Below, in pieces: positions 62,030 to 64,000 of a stretch of DNA of 64,000 nucleotides. Location: contig DAIDBH010000018.1 in NCBI GenBank assembly GCA_027310185.1, positions 128,001-192,000 on the forward strand. Direction: 5' to 3'. The translations under genes were made by a program, and so were the position numbers. This DNA comes from Thermoplasmatales archaeon (GTDB lineage: Archaea > Thermoplasmatota > Thermoplasmata > Thermoplasmatales > Thermoplasmataceae). The notes beneath the pieces were generated by a model. The model had not been told where the DNA came from, did not search any database, and saw nothing but the letters and a program-made list of their open reading frames with translations. Every line of letters begins with the position of its first letter. Position 1 is the stretch's first letter.

Positions 62030-63364
62030 ATGGATTATAAAGAACTCTTGAAAAAATACAAGCTTTCAAGCGATGAAAGGGCATATAGAGAAGCTCTGAT
62101 AAGCAATGTAATTCAGAAAATAAATGAGATAATTGAGGATATGAATCTTGAAGCTTCCCCTGTGCTCGTTGGTTCGTCTGCCAGAGGTACATCGCTTAAG
62201 AACAGTGATATAGATATATTCATACGATTCTCTACAGAATATGATAAGAAGCAGCTTGAACGGTACGGTCTTGATATAGGATTCAAGGTGATCAGTGACG
62301 GAGTGGCGAAATATGCCGAGCATCCATATGTATCAGGTTTTGTTGACAACATAAAGATTGACATAGTTCCATGCTACAGGATGAAAATGGGGGAGAGAAC
62401 AAAGTCATCAGTTGACAGAACACCACTGCATACAGAATTTCTGAATTCTGTCATGAATGATGAAGAGCGGGATCAGGCAATTATTCTGAAACTATTTCTC
62501 AAGAGAATTGGAGTTTATGGTTCTGAACTAAGAACAGAAGGATTTTCAGGATATGTTTCAGAGCTATGTATCCACTACTTCAATACCTTTGAAAATTTCC
62601 TGAGGTTTGTATGCAATTCAAGAGGTCAGCTTGTCATAGGGCCTAAATTATCAGAATTCAATTCACCGGTAATACTTATGGATCCGGTTGATAGTAATAG
62701 AAATGCGGCTTCCGCAGTGAGCAAGAAGTCTCTGTCCATTCTGAGAATTGCATCTTCACTTTATCTTGAAACTCCCGATCCAGGGTTTATAGATCCCGAG
62801 AATATTTACATTGTCGACCGGGAAATTCATGACAGAAAAACTTACCTCATCATGCTGGAACTGAAGAAACCAAACATAATTGACGATATTCTTTATCCCC
62901 AGATAGAGTTGATGAAGAGGAATCTTGGCAATTTTGCAGAGCGGGAAGATTTTACTGTTATGAACACCTTCAGTTCAGTCAACGAGAAGACTATCCAGGT
63001 ACTTCTGGAACTGCAAACTGGTTCACTACCAGCTGTAAAAATTCATGAGGGACCTCCTGCAGATAATCCAAATGCCCTGAAATTCTACGAAAAATATAAG
63101 ACAGATTCAAAGGTTTCAAGAGGTCCATATGTGAAAAATGACCGGATATATGTGGAGTTGAAAAGGGATGAAACTGACTTCAGGATCATCCTGAAAAGTG
63201 AATTAAAAAGTATAAATTTTGGTCACAATCTCAATCTTCTTAAAGAAACAAGTAGAACCTATACTTCAAAGAAGAAAATTATGTCTTCAGCGGTATACAG
63301 GAATTTCATGTCAGTCTGCGAGCCACCAGATTTATCCACCAGAAAAAATCTCGAGAAACAGTAG
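62030..63364 (+). CDS. cca: CCA-adding enzyme (class I)
   Basis: LVGSSARGT...DIDIF, YAEHPY, DIVPCY, VDRTPLHT, GFSGY. Confidence 0.95.
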   Translation: MDYKELLKKYKLSSDERAYREALISNVIQKINEIIEDMNLEASPVLVGSSARGTSLKNSDIDIFIRFSTEYDKKQLERYGLDIGFKVISDGVAKYAEHPYVSGFVDNIKIDIVPCYRMKMGERTKSSVDRTPLHTEFLNSVMNDEERDQAIILKLFLKRIGVYGSELRTEGFSGYVSELCIHYFNTFENFLRFVCNSRGQLVIGPKLSEFNSPVILMDPVDSNRNAASAVSKKSLSILRIASSLYLETPDPGFIDPENIYIVDREIHDRKTYLIMLELKKPNIIDDILYPQIELMKRNLGNFAEREDFTVMNTFSSVNEKTIQVLLELQTGSLPAVKIHEGPPADNPNALKFYEKYKTDSKVSRGPYVKNDRIYVELKRDETDFRIILKSELKSINFGHNLNLLKETSRTYTSKKKIMSSAVYRNFMSVCEPPDLSTRKNLEKQ

Positions 63365-63526
63365 ATCCTGATCCGGAGATACAATAACGTCCTTCGTCAC
63401 AGGAGTTCCATTGAGCAAATATACAAATCTTTCGTCTGATATTCCGAGCCTTTCCATTACGTCGCCTACGGAACATGATTGTTCCAGTTTCTCTGATCTG
63501 CTTTGCCTTCCAACAATTCTTATCAT
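63332..63526 (-). CDS. Ubiquitin-like ThiS/MoaD/SAMP sulfur carrier
   Basis: 64 aa, LLNG, C-terminal FSGG; SD GAGGT. Confidence 0.85.
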   Translation of the reverse strand: MIRIVGRQSRSEKLEQSCSVGDVMERLGISDERFVYLLNGTPVTKDVIVSPDQDLLFLEIFSGG

Positions 63527-63537
63527 GTCAACCTCGA

Positions 63538-63610
63538 TAGCCCCGGGCAGATTCGAACTGCCGTCATCGGATCCAAAGTCCGGTATGCTTGGCCACTACA
63601 CCACGGAGCT
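63538..63610 (-). tRNA. tRNA-Gln(TTG)
   Basis: AGCTCCG/CGGGGCT acceptor with A1-U72, anticodon loop CT-TTG-GA, TTCGAAT loop. Confidence 0.95.
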
Positions 63611-63636
63611 AAGCTATCTTTAAAATAATAAAAAAA

Positions 63637-64000
63637 TTATGGGGTTATTTTAATTGCTCTTGTTGGACAGACACTCTCACAGGCCATACAGAATATACAC
63701 TCATTCTCCCTTACCGGGTCGCATTTATCGGTTCTGTACTTATCATAAAGCGCCTTGTCTCCCTTGATATCCTTATCGTTGCCAGTACCCATTTGTCCGG
63801 GATTCAATTCCCATTCATATAAACTGACAGGGCAGACATCCATGCAAGCGCCGTCCGCTATACAAGTTTCCCAGTCAACTGCAACCTTAGTGCCATGTAT
63901 ACCGTTCTTTGTTGGATATGGCTTTCCATCCGCGTCCATTCTCTGCTTACCTTCAGCCCTGACATCATGGTCGTGATGCTTACCTGTTACAGGGTAGTTT
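63637..64000 (-). CDS. zfx: Zinc-containing dicluster ferredoxin, N-terminus beyond window edge
   Basis: Frame open to the edge: GKHHDHDV...GIHGTKVAVDWETCIADGACMDVCP...CIFCMACESVCP. Confidence 0.92.
   Translation of the reverse strand, partial: NYPVTGKHHDHDVRAEGKQRMDADGKPYPTKNGIHGTKVAVDWETCIADGACMDVCPVSLYEWELNPGQMGTGNDKDIKGDKALYDKYRTDKCDPVRENECIFCMACESVCPTRAIKITP

Noticed and set aside
628-63976. Many 60-200 aa ORFs antisense to or out of frame within well-supported genes
   Set aside because: Shadow ORFs with no motifs, overlapping clear housekeeping genes
1-64000. CRISPR array or cas genes
   Set aside because: No regularly spaced 24-40 nt direct repeats or Cas motifs seen

Overview
This is a chromosomal segment of an acidophilic Thermoplasmatales-type archaeon, possibly Cuniculiplasma/G-plasma-like; the lineage is inferred from gene content and protein style only. 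Most of it is core genome: rpl11(3' end)-rpl1-rpl10-rpl12, pcp, a split formiminotransferase/cyclodeaminase, threonine dehydratase, DRG GTPase, purA, icd, a complete lipA-E1a-E1b-E2-E3-lipB 2-oxoacid dehydrogenase cluster, ADP-forming acetate-CoA ligase, prolyl oligopeptidase, rpe, ABC1/UbiB kinase, RNase P RNA, GINS-TatD-NreA, proteasome alpha, 2-oxoacid:ferredoxin oxidoreductase alpha/beta, rps12-rps7, several transporters, deoxyhypusine synthase, NAC, CCA-adding enzyme, a ubiquitin-like SAMP and a zinc ferredoxin. Four tRNAs are present (Ile-GAT, Ser-CGA, Phe-GAA, Gln-TTG). There are two accessory patches: a tyrosine-integrase remnant reading into tRNA-Ile, and a frameshifted IS5 plus an RHH/membrane gene pair after tRNA-Ser. 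The main unexplained signals are a ~280-nt multi-hairpin non-coding element between nreA and psmA, a tRNA-Gln(UUG)/SAMP unit, an intact but apparently catalytically dead ALDH-fold gene, a CDS ending inside tRNA-Ser, and a structured K-loop-containing region upstream of dys. No CRISPR array was seen. All calls come from reading motifs by eye; no database searches or folding programs were run.
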